A DNA stretch of 64,000 nucleotides from a virus (lineage: Duplodnaviria > Caudoviricetes). A program made the position numbers and the translations under genes. The stretch lies in the IMG/VR virus record IMGVR_UViG_3300021400_000252; one strand, given 5' to 3'. The notes beneath the pieces were generated by a model. The model was not told where the DNA came from. It saw only the letters and a list, made by a program, of their open reading frames with translations, and did not search any database. This document shows positions 33,942 through 43,541 of the stretch, in pieces; within the stretch, counting starts at the first letter, position 1; the number at the start of each line of letters is the position of its first letter.

Positions 33942-33984
33942 TTAATAAACCTCTCTTTACTTAATTCTAGTATATAATACAATA

Positions 33985-34020
33985 AAAAAGTAGCTAGAAA
34001 CGATGTTCTAGCTATGATTT
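33985..34020 (-). terminator. Hairpin/terminator after thyA
   Basis: tagctagaa...ttctagcta stem followed by a T-run on the minus strand. Confidence 0.6.
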
Positions 34021-34872
34021 TTAAACTGCTATTTCAATTTTTTCTTCTAATTTTGTCGACTTATAATCGATTAATTTAAAATCGTTTTCAGTCATATCTT
34101 TAATTGAAGTCTTTTCTGGGTTAATCCATAAAGTTGGAGCCGGATATTTAGTATTAAATGCAATCTTAGGCATTAAATCCATATGTCTATCATAAATATG
34201 TAGGTTATTAATATAATGAATAAATTTTCCTGGTATTAAATTACATTCTCTAGCTACCATATGAACTAATAAAGCATATTCAATATCATTAAAGCCACCA
34301 GCACCTGCAGCAGCAACTAAATCTCCAGATCTTTGAATTAAAGTCATATTTAATCTACCATCTGTTACGTCCCATAATGTTTCATAACAACATGGAGCTA
34401 AATGCATTTCTAATTCTTCTGATGGATTCCACATTGTGACAATCATTCTACGGTCCATAGGGGAATTTTTTAACTTATAGATAAGATGTTCAACTTGATC
34501 CATAAATTGATAATTACCATTATCTTTATAAACATATTTCTTACCTAATTGATAACCATAAGCTTTACCAATTGAACCTTTTTCATCTGCCCATTGATCC
34601 CAAATATGTGCATTTAAATCATTAATATTATTTGATTTATCTCTGAATAACCATAAAATCTCTCGAACAGCTGTTTTAAAAGATTGAGTTCTTAATGTTA
34701 GGATTGGGAATTCTTTTTCTAGATCATAAGTTCTTACAACTCCAAAAATTTTTGTAGTATGGGCTGGAGTTCCGTCTTCCCACTTAGGTCTTACTTCAAA
34801 ATCTTTATCTGAAAAACCTTCATTAATTAATTTACTATATTCTTGAATAAAATATCTATCTGCCTGTGACAT
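34021..34872 (-). CDS. thyA: Thymidylate synthase (dUMP-type)
   Basis: EILW, IWDQW, YGYQ, RRM...WNP, LAPC, QRSGD...N, HIYDRH. Confidence 0.93.
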   Translation of the reverse strand: MSQADRYFIQEYSKLINEGFSDKDFEVRPKWEDGTPAHTTKIFGVVRTYDLEKEFPILTLRTQSFKTAVREILWLFRDKSNNINDLNAHIWDQWADEKGSIGKAYGYQLGKKYVYKDNGNYQFMDQVEHLIYKLKNSPMDRRMIVTMWNPSEELEMHLAPCCYETLWDVTDGRLNMTLIQRSGDLVAAAGAGGFNDIEYALLVHMVARECNLIPGKFIHYINNLHIYDRHMDLMPKIAFNTKYPAPTLWINPEKTSIKDMTENDFKLIDYKSTKLEEKIEIAV

Positions 34873-34883
34873 AAAGCCTCCTA

Positions 34884-35063
34884 TTAATATTCATTTTTAG
34901 AAACGTCTAGACAAACACAGTAATCTTTATCAAGTTCATCTGCAAAGATCTGAACTATATAATATTCACCATATTTTGTTAAGTCATATTCATCCCATTT
35001 TTGTTCATCTAGATTAAAAATTACTGGATTCATAATTGTTACATCAAGATCTTTTACTTGCAT
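34884..35063 (-). CDS. Small hypothetical protein (59 aa, MQVKDLDV...)
   Basis: TAATG-coupled to sbcD; fills the gap exactly; not in the ORF track. Confidence 0.6.
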   Translation of the reverse strand: MQVKDLDVTIMNPVIFNLDEQKWDEYDLTKYGEYYIVQIFADELDKDYCVCLDVSKNEY

Positions 35064-36115
35064 TATTTAAAGACCTCCACTAGTTCATATTCTAAAACTG
35101 AATTATTATCTAACTTTGCTTTACATAATTTCTTATATTCATTTTCATAATCACTTAGAGCTAAGTCATCAACATTAAATTCTTCATCTGAAACATAAAT
35201 ATTATTTAATGAATCTATAATTCTTTTTGCAATAATCTTTTGATTATTTTCTAATTTCTCTTTTAATGTTTTTACTAATTCATGTTGACATTTTGTTTGA
35301 ACAACCGCATTGTCTTTGATTAGATCTAATTGTGCAAAATCATCTTCTGTATTTATATCTATCTTATAGAAATTAAATGCATAAGGATTTTCGATAAATT
35401 CAAGATTTAAAGTTTCAGTATCTAAAATTAAAATATTATGTGAATACTTAAATGCATCTTCACCAAAATCTTTTCCAGTTAAATTTCCTAAATTTAAAAT
35501 TTTATCTGTGACCCAAATACCATTATGTAAATGACCATTAATAAATAGATCACAATTTTCCTCAATTTCGTCTTTTTCAAAACCAACTGATGAAATAATT
35601 GGACCCATTTTAATTCCAGCTAAATCATTATGAGAAAAAATTATACGTTTTAAATCTGTTCTTTTTCCAAAATAATCTACTAATGGTTGTCTATCACTCT
35701 CTGGAATATATGGTAAAATACAAATTTCAGTATTATCGATAATAAATTTTGTTGGAGTATTAATTACAGCTCTATCAAATTCACCTTTTGAATTTTTATG
35801 CTCAAGTAAGCTTGATAAGTGGAATGTTAAATCATGAAAATGTGTTTCGTGATTACCAACAATAAAAATCATCGGAATTTTTGACCACTTAATTTCCATA
35901 AACGCTGAAGCCTCAGTATCATTTAAATTTGTTCGATCAAAAAAGTCTCCTAAACAAATTATTTGAGAACAATTATGAATTTCAGCTTGTTCATGAAGTC
36001 ATTGAAGTGACTCTAATTGATTTTCTAGTCTTAATGTAGTATATTTACCTTTTTGAGTTACAATACTGCTTTTTTCACAAAAGTGATTATCAGCATATAT
36101 TAAAATTTTACTCAT
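35063..36115 (-). CDS. sbcD: SbcD/Mre11/gp47-like metallophosphoesterase nuclease (TGA=Trp at 35999-36001)
   Basis: Readthrough restores motif I ADNH in frame with motif II LGDFFD; GNHE, SH, GHLH. Confidence 0.88.
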
Positions 36116-36755
36116 TCTTGTCTTCTTTCTTTTTTTCTACTTTTTCTTCCTTTTTAGGCTCTTCTTTCTTTTCAACACTCCAAGGAGCTAGATAACAAGT
36201 AGCTACATCTGCCATATGTGTTAAAGAGACTAATGGATTAGATTCATAAATTAAATAGATATCAGAAGCACTTTGTTCATTAAATCCACCATGACATAAT
36301 GCTAAAATTTGGTCATCAGTAAAATCTACAAAATGTTTTGCAAGCATATATGATGCAAAAGAATTATTACCATAGACTGGTCTATTATTTGTAACTTTAA
36401 ATGTTAAAACTTCTTCAGTAGCACCTGTATTAGGATTTACTTGTTGTTTATAAAATGGTTCATATAAAGCACATTTATAAAAGTTTCTAAATAATGCAAC
36501 TTTAATAATATCTTCACGTGTAACAGATTCTATATTATATACGTCACGTAATAAAATCATATTATCAAATAGCTTTAATGCTGTTTCACAAAGAGCACCT
36601 GGATAACTTCCATAACCTGTAGAGGTAAAAATTCCATTAAAATAATCGATTCTTTCTAAAAAATCAATTATTTTTTCCATATCAAAATTTAGTTCTGATA
36701 ATAATTCTAAATATCTAACTTTATTGTCAAATCTTTGTTCTTCAGTTAATGCCAT
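36108..36755 (-). CDS. HD-hydrolase-like protein with degenerate metal ligands (start revised to 36755)
   Basis: YPGALCET replaces the usual Y.GGL..H; ALFRN.YK replaces ALLHD..K; retains CHGG and PLV.L.HMAD. Confidence 0.55.
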   Translation of the reverse strand: MALTEEQRFDNKVRYLELLSELNFDMEKIIDFLERIDYFNGIFTSTGYGSYPGALCETALKLFDNMILLRDVYNIESVTREDIIKVALFRNFYKCALYEPFYKQQVNPNTGATEEVLTFKVTNNRPVYGNNSFASYMLAKHFVDFTDDQILALCHGGFNEQSASDIYLIYESNPLVSLTHMADVATCYLAPWSVEKKEEPKKEEKVEKKKEDKNE

Positions 36756-37124
36756 ATTCAAATTTCCTTTCTTAAAACTTACTTTATAATACACTATTTT
36801 TTCCTTAAATTTTAGGTCTAATTTTTTTAAAAATTTATTTTTCAATTAAATTATTTGCTAAATTGTCTGATGCGTGCAAAAATGTGTGCAGAATCCGTAA
36901 AAATTCATAAAAATAAATAAATTATAATAATAAATATAAATATTATTAATAATATATTATAAATATATAAAATATTATATATAATTATAGATAAATATAT
37001 TATAAATATTATATATTATTGTTTTTTGCGAAAAATTTTAGAAAAATTATATGCTAAAATCTTTTTTGTATAAATTGTATTATATTATATACTTCAAAAA
37101 TCAAAGAAAGGAAAAGGCTTTATA
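36756..37124. other. Divergent intergenic region with a 114-bp almost pure A/T tract; candidate replication origin
   Basis: 36907-37020 has one G and no C; aatatattataaatat at 36951 and 36994; coding strand switches here. Confidence 0.5.
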
Positions 37125-38993
37125 ATGATAAAATTTAACACTGTAAAAATACATAATTTTTATTCTTATGGAGATGCCGAAATTGATTTAAGAGATAAAG
37201 GATTTTGTTTAGTAAGTGGAAAAAATAATTTTGAAAAAGATAATGCAGCATCTAATGGGTCAGGTAAATCTGCTTGGATTAATGCAATGTGTGCATGTTT
37301 AATTGGTGAAACACTTACTGGTCAACGTAGTGGATTTAAAAATTTATTTTTAGAAGAAAATTCGTGTTGGGTAACTGTTGATATGAACTTTTTCGAAGAT
37401 AATTTTATTATCACACGAATTTTTAACCCTAAATCAGATTTAAAAATAATTAAAAATGGTGAAGATATTTCTGGAAAAACATTAAGAGATTCTGAAGCTA
37501 TCTTAGCAGAACAATTACCAGATATAAATAGAGACTTACTTGGATCTAGTATTTTAATTGGACAAGGATTTCCAGATAGATTATCTGCATTAACTCCAGC
37601 AAAAAGAAAAGAAAAACTAGAAAATCTAACAAAAACAGATTTTATGGTAAAAGAAATTAGAGAAAAAATCGAAAATCGTCTTAATGTTTTAGATACAGAT
37701 TTAAGAAATACTGAAGATAAGATTTTAGTAAAAAATACTTTAATTCAGACTAATCGAACAACATTAAATACTATTACTACAGAATTAGAAACACTTCAAA
37801 CTAATTCAAACTTCGATGCTGAGATTAAAAATCTTGAATCTGAGATCGAATCAAATAGAACATTATATGATGATAAATCAAAAGAATTAACAGAATTTAA
37901 TAATGAATTATCTGCAGTAAATACTAAATATTTAAAATTAACTTCAGATAAATCAGAACAATTACAATCTATGTTTGAAGCATTTAATACAAAATTTAAT
38001 TCAGTAAATGCTGAGAAAATTGCTTTAAATTCTGAAAAATCTAATTTACAACATCAAATTCAACATATAAAATCTATTGTAGATGTCTGTCCTACTTGTC
38101 ACCAAAAGTTAGCTGGTGTAACTAAACCAGATACTAAAGAACAAGAAGCTAGAATAGTTGAAATTGATAAACAAATTAATGTAATAGATCAAGAACTTAA
38201 TAAGTTAAAAGAAACAAAAGCTAAATATGAATTAGAAATTAAAAATACTTTTGATAAAGATATTTCAGATTTAGATAAGAAAAAGGCAGATTTAAATACT
38301 AAAATATCTTTATATAATGGAAATTTAAGTAAATTAAATACTCAAATTTTAAATTTAAATAATAAATTAAGTTCTATTCAGACAAATAAAGCTAATTATT
38401 TATCAAGATTAAATGATTTAAACTCTAAAAAAGAAGAAACCGAAAAGATTTTATTAAAATTAGACTTAGAAGTTCAAGAATTAAACACTTCTAAACAAGA
38501 AATCTTAGAACATACTCAAGTAGTTAAGAAGATGGAAAGTTTAATTAAACGTGATTTTAGAGGTATTTTATTACAAAATGTTATTAAGTATATTAATTCT
38601 AAATCTAAAACATTTAGTCAAACAGTTTTTGGAACTCAAGAAATTGAAATTGTTTTAAACGGAAATAATCTTGATATTTCTTATTGTAATAAGCCAATTG
38701 AGAGTCTTTCTGGTGGTGAAAGAACTAGAGTTGATTTAATTATTCAATTAACATTAAGAGATTTATTAAAGAATTATTTAAATTTAAATTCAAATATTCT
38801 TGCATTAGATGAAATTACAGATTTCTTAGACGAAAAGAGCTGTAATGCAGTAATGAACTTAATTGAAAATGAATTAAATTCAACTGAATCTGTCTTTATT
38901 ATAAGTCATATGGCTAATCAATTATCTTTACCTATTGACTCAGAGATCAGAGTAGAAAAAAGCGCTGAAGGCATCAGCTCGATAATATACTAA
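37125..38993 (+). CDS. sbcC: SbcC/Rad50/gp46-like SMC ATPase
   Basis: NGSGKS, Q-loop, CPTC hook in coiled coil, LSGGE, LDE, ISH. Confidence 0.93.
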   Translation: MIKFNTVKIHNFYSYGDAEIDLRDKGFCLVSGKNNFEKDNAASNGSGKSAWINAMCACLIGETLTGQRSGFKNLFLEENSCWVTVDMNFFEDNFIITRIFNPKSDLKIIKNGEDISGKTLRDSEAILAEQLPDINRDLLGSSILIGQGFPDRLSALTPAKRKEKLENLTKTDFMVKEIREKIENRLNVLDTDLRNTEDKILVKNTLIQTNRTTLNTITTELETLQTNSNFDAEIKNLESEIESNRTLYDDKSKELTEFNNELSAVNTKYLKLTSDKSEQLQSMFEAFNTKFNSVNAEKIALNSEKSNLQHQIQHIKSIVDVCPTCHQKLAGVTKPDTKEQEARIVEIDKQINVIDQELNKLKETKAKYELEIKNTFDKDISDLDKKKADLNTKISLYNGNLSKLNTQILNLNNKLSSIQTNKANYLSRLNDLNSKKEETEKILLKLDLEVQELNTSKQEILEHTQVVKKMESLIKRDFRGILLQNVIKYINSKSKTFSQTVFGTQEIEIVLNGNNLDISYCNKPIESLSGGERTRVDLIIQLTLRDLLKNYLNLNSNILALDEITDFLDEKSCNAVMNLIENELNSTESVFIISHMANQLSLPIDSEIRVEKSAEGISSIIY

Positions 38994-39030
38994 AAATATT
39001 GTATTATATTTTATATAATAGGAGATCGAT

Positions 39031-39858
39031 ATGTTATGGAAAAAACCCACAGGTATGTCTTATTGTGACATGTGTATATGAATAGATAAAAGTGGAGTTA
39101 TCCCAAGAATTGCTGAAAATAAAGGAAAATACCCTAAAGATGAGGATCTAGTTTATAATTATTTGTGGTTATTAACTAAGATGCTTGCAATTAAAAAACA
39201 TATGTTTGTAAATTTCTCAGACTATGATGGGTTTGCCTTCCATGCAGCTTCATTCTATTATTTCCAATTAATTAAGAATTGAAATAATCGTGGAAAATCA
39301 GTTAAAGGAAGAATAATTGGTCCTATTGTTAATATTCTAGATTATGTAAAAGGAACATTACACAATAGACGAGTTGAATATCAAGATCAATCATTTAGAC
39401 AGGTTTTATCTGAAGAAATGAATGATAATAATTTTGATCCATTCCAATTTAAACAACAATTATTATCTGATGCTCGGGCTCAAAATTATTCAAAAACAAT
39501 TACAACAATTACAGAATCAATTAAACAATGTGATTATCTAATCGATGAACTGTTAAAAACAACACCATTTAGGAAAGATTCATCGGATTGGAGAAATATA
39601 AAAATTTCAATTTTATTAAATACACGTAATATATTAGAAAAAAGAAATAAATTAGTTCCGCTTCAACAAGGTGTTTCGGTAACGTTATGACATTTACCAA
39701 AATCTCTTTCTGAATATGTTAGAGTATTAATTAATGAATTCTTTATTAAATTAAAGAGATTAATCTTAGATTGTTTCGAAATGGATAGAGTTGATGAATC
39801 AATCTTAACTAAAATGATTTCAAATCCGGAGGGCACTTATGAAGAAGAGCTTGATTAA
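39031..39858 (+). CDS. 275-aa protein, possible gp55-like phage sigma factor (TGA=Trp at 39079, 39280, 39688)
   Basis: AGGAG RBS and ATG 39031; continuous frame to TAA 39856-39858; helical region-2-like segment; follows the gp46-like gene. Gene is solid, function tentative. Confidence 0.45.
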
Positions 39859-40243
39859 AGCTAATTTAGATAAATTACACTTATCAGATATTTACACTTT
39901 AATGATGTTTATATTATTTAAAGTAGAAGAAGTTCCAGAATATGCAACATTAAGTAGATTATGTTTCTTATTAGATGGAAATAATTTAACTAGACTTTTA
40001 GCATATTTTGCAGGTCAAACAATTAAAATTCCTACTGAAGAAGAATTTAAAGAATTAACAAATGCATTATTATTATATCAATATATTAATCTTGAAGGTC
40101 AATCTTTAGTAGATGCACAAAGACAATTAAATGTAAAAGATGATAAAGAAAAAGAAAAGATACTTGATTTATATTTAAAAATTATTCCAATTATTAAAGA
40201 ATATAATATTGATGAGGAGTCACTTAAGAATCATGGTAGATAG
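39839..40243 (+). CDS. Mor-like transcription regulator
   Basis: LL.YFAGQTIKIP resembles the Mor-family FGG..IYIP motif. Confidence 0.45.
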   Translation: MKKSLIKANLDKLHLSDIYTLMMFILFKVEEVPEYATLSRLCFLLDGNNLTRLLAYFAGQTIKIPTEEEFKELTNALLLYQYINLEGQSLVDAQRQLNVKDDKEKEKILDLYLKIIPIIKEYNIDEESLKNHGR

Positions 40244-40472
40244 AATTGATTGGGAGTCTCCTAAATTTCTAGAAGAAAATAGAAATTTTAAAACAAGATT
40301 ATTATTTATAAATAGTATTTTTTCAGATAAATTTGATGAACAAGATATAATTGGAAGATGTATTCAACATAAATTAAATTTTATGTTAGATAATTTAGAA
40401 AAAGAAACTGAAAGATCTTTATGGAATGTTAAAGGTGTAGATCCAATAAAGATTATGAAGTATTTAGATTAA
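40233..40472 (+). CDS. Hypothetical protein
   Basis: GAGGAG upstream; operon packing. Confidence 0.55.
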   Translation: MVDRIDWESPKFLEENRNFKTRLLFINSIFSDKFDEQDIIGRCIQHKLNFMLDNLEKETERSLWNVKGVDPIKIMKYLD

Positions 40473-40483
40473 GGAGAAAATCC

Positions 40484-40816
40484 GTGGTTAAAAGAAATAT
40501 TGTAGATGATTTTGGAACTATATTTAAATTATCTTCAAAGCAAACATCATATATGACTGATATTTTTATTAATTGTATATGTGAAGCAATTAGAACAGCT
40601 AAAGCACAAAACGAATCAATATTAGTTTTAGATTTAGGAGTAAGTTCATTAAGCATAAATCTTGAAGATGGAAGTTGGAAAAGTGTACCATCTAAATCAA
40701 TGAAGAGTGCTTTTGGAAAGTCTATTTCTTCATCTCAACCAGAAGATTTACTAGTGGAGTCATTAACTGAAGCTATTGCAGCTAAGTTAAATTCTATTAT
40801 TAATGAGGTAGTATAA
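40484..40816 (+). CDS. Divergent HU/IHF-like DNA-binding protein with short arms
   Basis: LSSKQ....D.F...I.EA....LG....PSKSMK.A pattern; AAGGAG RBS, GTG start. Confidence 0.4.
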   Translation: MVKRNIVDDFGTIFKLSSKQTSYMTDIFINCICEAIRTAKAQNESILVLDLGVSSLSINLEDGSWKSVPSKSMKSAFGKSISSSQPEDLLVESLTEAIAAKLNSIINEVV

Positions 40817-40818
40817 TT

Positions 40819-41379
40819 ATGACTGATGAACAAAAACAAGATTTAGTCCTTGTAGATGATTTATCAGATGAAGATTTAAAAGAAAATATTGATGGATTAA
40901 AACGTGAAGCTTTAGAAATACTTAGCCAAATTACAACAACTTCAAATGAAGAAAAACAAAAAGATTTGCTTTATTTATTCAATCAAAATCAAAAGAAAAA
41001 AGCAATTGTTAGATCAAATAGCTATGGTGATCTATTAGATAATGTTTTAGGTGAAACAAAAGATAGAATATTAAACCATCCAGAAGAAATGGATATGGTT
41101 CAATTAATGAACATGTTAAAGATTATTCAAGATTTAATTGAAAAGAATAATAATTTAATTAATGGACAAACACCTAATACATTAATTCAAGTTAATAAAC
41201 ATACAACAAATGTTAATGTTGAAACTACAGATCCAAGACTTGAAGGAATTAATACTCAAAAAAGAAAGAATATTAATGATTTCTTAAGTTCTTTAGGTCT
41301 TTACTCTAAAGATAAAGATGAAGCTGAAGTAATTGATGCAGACATAGCTAATCTTGATGGAGATAAAAATGAAGAATAA
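40819..41379 (+). CDS. Hypothetical protein, possibly small-terminase-like
   Basis: Helical core followed by IQVN..TTNVNV beta segment as in gp16-type proteins; weak. Confidence 0.3.
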   Translation: MTDEQKQDLVLVDDLSDEDLKENIDGLKREALEILSQITTTSNEEKQKDLLYLFNQNQKKKAIVRSNSYGDLLDNVLGETKDRILNHPEEMDMVQLMNMLKIIQDLIEKNNNLINGQTPNTLIQVNKHTTNVNVETTDPRLEGINTQKRKNINDFLSSLGLYSKDKDEAEVIDADIANLDGDKNEE

Positions 41380-41674
41380 TATCAAAGATGTTTTAGATAA
41401 AATTAAGTTAAATAAAAGTGGAACATTTAAAAATCATTTTTATGTTATTGATCTTGAAGATAGCGATGAATATGCAAGAGTTTATTCTTTATTAGATGAA
41501 GTTGCTATTAATACTGAATATCCAGCTTTTACAAAGAATTCAAATAATTCAACAGTTAAAATAACAAATTATTTTGAAATAGACGTAAATGAAATAAAGT
41601 ATAATATATTTTTAATGGCTGATTTTGAAAATGATAAGTATTATTTAAAGATTGATGAACTTGGAGATGAATAA
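41369..41674 (+). CDS. Hypothetical protein
   Basis: GGAG RBS; operon packing. Confidence 0.6.
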   Translation: MKNNIKDVLDKIKLNKSGTFKNHFYVIDLEDSDEYARVYSLLDEVAINTEYPAFTKNSNNSTVKITNYFEIDVNEIKYNIFLMADFENDKYYLKIDELGDE

Positions 41675-42042
41675 TGCTAATAGGTTATAAAGGTACTTCT
41701 TCATTTGAAGATATGCTTGAATTAGACGATTGTGGTAATTTTGCAATTCGTTGTACAAATAATTTATTCTTACAATGATTTATGTGTGCCAAAACTATTA
41801 GAGGAAAATTTCATTATTTAACTTTTGGTCCAGTTTTTGTAGATAAACCAGATCTACCAACTAAATATGGATTCAATATCAAATATGGTTCAATGAAATT
41901 TAATGAACAAAAAATTTATGCAGCAATATCTAGCTTTATTAACGATCCAAAAAAAGAATTAGAAACAGTTGTTGAAGACGACTTTGACATAATTATTGAG
42001 GAAATACCTCAGATTGGAAAATTATTTAAAGCTTTAAATTAG
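41674..42042 (+). CDS. Hypothetical protein (TGA=Trp at 41776)
   Basis: TAATG-coupled ATG 41674, in frame with track ORF 41782..42042. Confidence 0.7.
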
Positions 42043-42054
42043 AAAGGAATTATT

Positions 42055-42447
42055 ATGGCATTAGCTGATGTAAAAGCTTATTTTAAAACTTTTGAGAAAG
42101 CCCATCTTGAGAGATTTGCTATTAAAGAGCAAGCTAAGGAAGCTGTTAAAGATGGTTATATTACTCAAGAAAAAGCTGACCAATTAGAAGAAACATTTAA
42201 AAAATATGATGAAACATATCAATTTTTTGCACATATAATGTATTTATATTCTAAACCAGTTCGTGGTAGAAAGAAAGAAAAATTTAAAGTTGCAAATAAA
42301 GAAATTGAAGATCATTTTTCTAGATTTGGATTAGACGAAGCATCTATTAAATTAGAAAATGAAGATGTTTTAGTTAATTTTAGAAAATATATTGAAAATT
42401 TTAAAAACGAAGTTAAGCAAGAAACCAAAGAAATTAAAGGAGAATAG
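42055..42447 (+). CDS. Hypothetical protein
   Basis: GAAAGGA RBS. Confidence 0.65.
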   Translation: MALADVKAYFKTFEKAHLERFAIKEQAKEAVKDGYITQEKADQLEETFKKYDETYQFFAHIMYLYSKPVRGRKKEKFKVANKEIEDHFSRFGLDEASIKLENEDVLVNFRKYIENFKNEVKQETKEIKGE

Positions 42448-42450
42448 TTT

Positions 42451-43305
42451 ATGGAAGAATTAATTAGAGATATTTCCAAACTTTCTGTTCCGTCAGAACC
42501 AATCTTAGTTTTAGATGAAAATAAATTAGGATTTGATTCAGAAGGAACAGCAGAATTTGATGAAGCTAAAGAAAAATTAATTAAGACTTTAGAAGAAAGA
42601 AAAGATTTATTATCAGTTTCTGCTCCTCAATTAGGAATAAATAAAAGAATCTTTGCTATTCGTTTTAATGATAAAATTAAAATTTTCTTAAATCCTCTAG
42701 TTACAAGTATCTCAAGTGATAAGATCGTAAATTTTGAACCTTATCTTGATACAGATAAGTTTGTATATATTTGTAGACCAAAAGAAATTAAAATCATTTA
42801 TTATAATGAAGATTTAAAATATGAAGATAATCAATTATTAAATGAAGTTGCTTGTGAATTTATGCGTCAATATAATTTATTAGATGGTATTATTCCAGGT
42901 GAAATTTTCAACCATGATTTTGAACAAGAAAAAGTAACTCCAGAAGTTATTCCTATGTTAATTGATGCAACTTATTCTGGTGGTGGATTTATATTTGAAA
43001 AATCTGAGGTTGAAGAGAATTCATTAGAAGAAGTTTCTGAAGCTCTATCTAAGATGTGTGAAATTTATACTTCAATAGTTGATAAGTTTGCAGATTCAGA
43101 AGATAGTGGAATTGAAGAAACAACAAGACTTATTCTTCGTAGATTTAAATTAGACGAAAGAGTTAAATTAGGTCTAACAAGTTATGTTGATATCGAAGGA
43201 TATCAAAGAGCTAAAGCAGCTAAGAGACAAGAAATAATGACTAAGCGTGCATATAGAGCTAAATCATTTAATGATTTTGTTGGTAAAAAGTCTAGGAGAC
43301 ATTAA
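42451..43305 (+). CDS. Peptide deformylase-like protein with a degenerate active site
   Basis: SVSAPQLG.NKRIF, LNP, R...I; EGCLS replaced by EPYLD and QHE.DHL.G replaced by RQYNLLDG. Confidence 0.75.
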   Translation: MEELIRDISKLSVPSEPILVLDENKLGFDSEGTAEFDEAKEKLIKTLEERKDLLSVSAPQLGINKRIFAIRFNDKIKIFLNPLVTSISSDKIVNFEPYLDTDKFVYICRPKEIKIIYYNEDLKYEDNQLLNEVACEFMRQYNLLDGIIPGEIFNHDFEQEKVTPEVIPMLIDATYSGGGFIFEKSEVEENSLEEVSEALSKMCEIYTSIVDKFADSEDSGIEETTRLILRRFKLDERVKLGLTSYVDIEGYQRAKAAKRQEIMTKRAYRAKSFNDFVGKKSRRH

Positions 43306-43306
43306 T

Positions 43307-43525
43307 ATGCCTATTAAAGAAGAATTAATTACTGATTTCTATGGTCGATATATTGGTTATCTAAGAACTGATGAAGAAGGAAATATCACAGCTTTAGATT
43401 ATCCTTCTAGGACACCTCTTGGTGTATATGATATTAAATCAAATCAAACACTTGAACTAACTTCTAGAAAGCCTATTGCTAGAGGTAATGTAGTAGTTAG
43501 TTTCTTGTATAAGAAAAAGAAATAA
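43307..43525 (+). CDS. Hypothetical protein (MPIKEE...)
   Basis: AGGAG upstream; fits between the deformylase-like gene and topA. Confidence 0.6.
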   Translation: MPIKEELITDFYGRYIGYLRTDEEGNITALDYPSRTPLGVYDIKSNQTLELTSRKPIARGNVVVSFLYKKKK

Positions 43526-43541
43526 TATTTAGGAGATTAAA

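Noticed and set aside
34021-34872. thyA as the base-modifying (dCMP hydroxymethylase/hydroxylase) enzyme
   Set aside because: Has the dUMP-specifying Asn and folate-binding Trp residues, and is separated from the operon by a hairpin and a new promoter motif; looks like an ordinary thymidylate synthase
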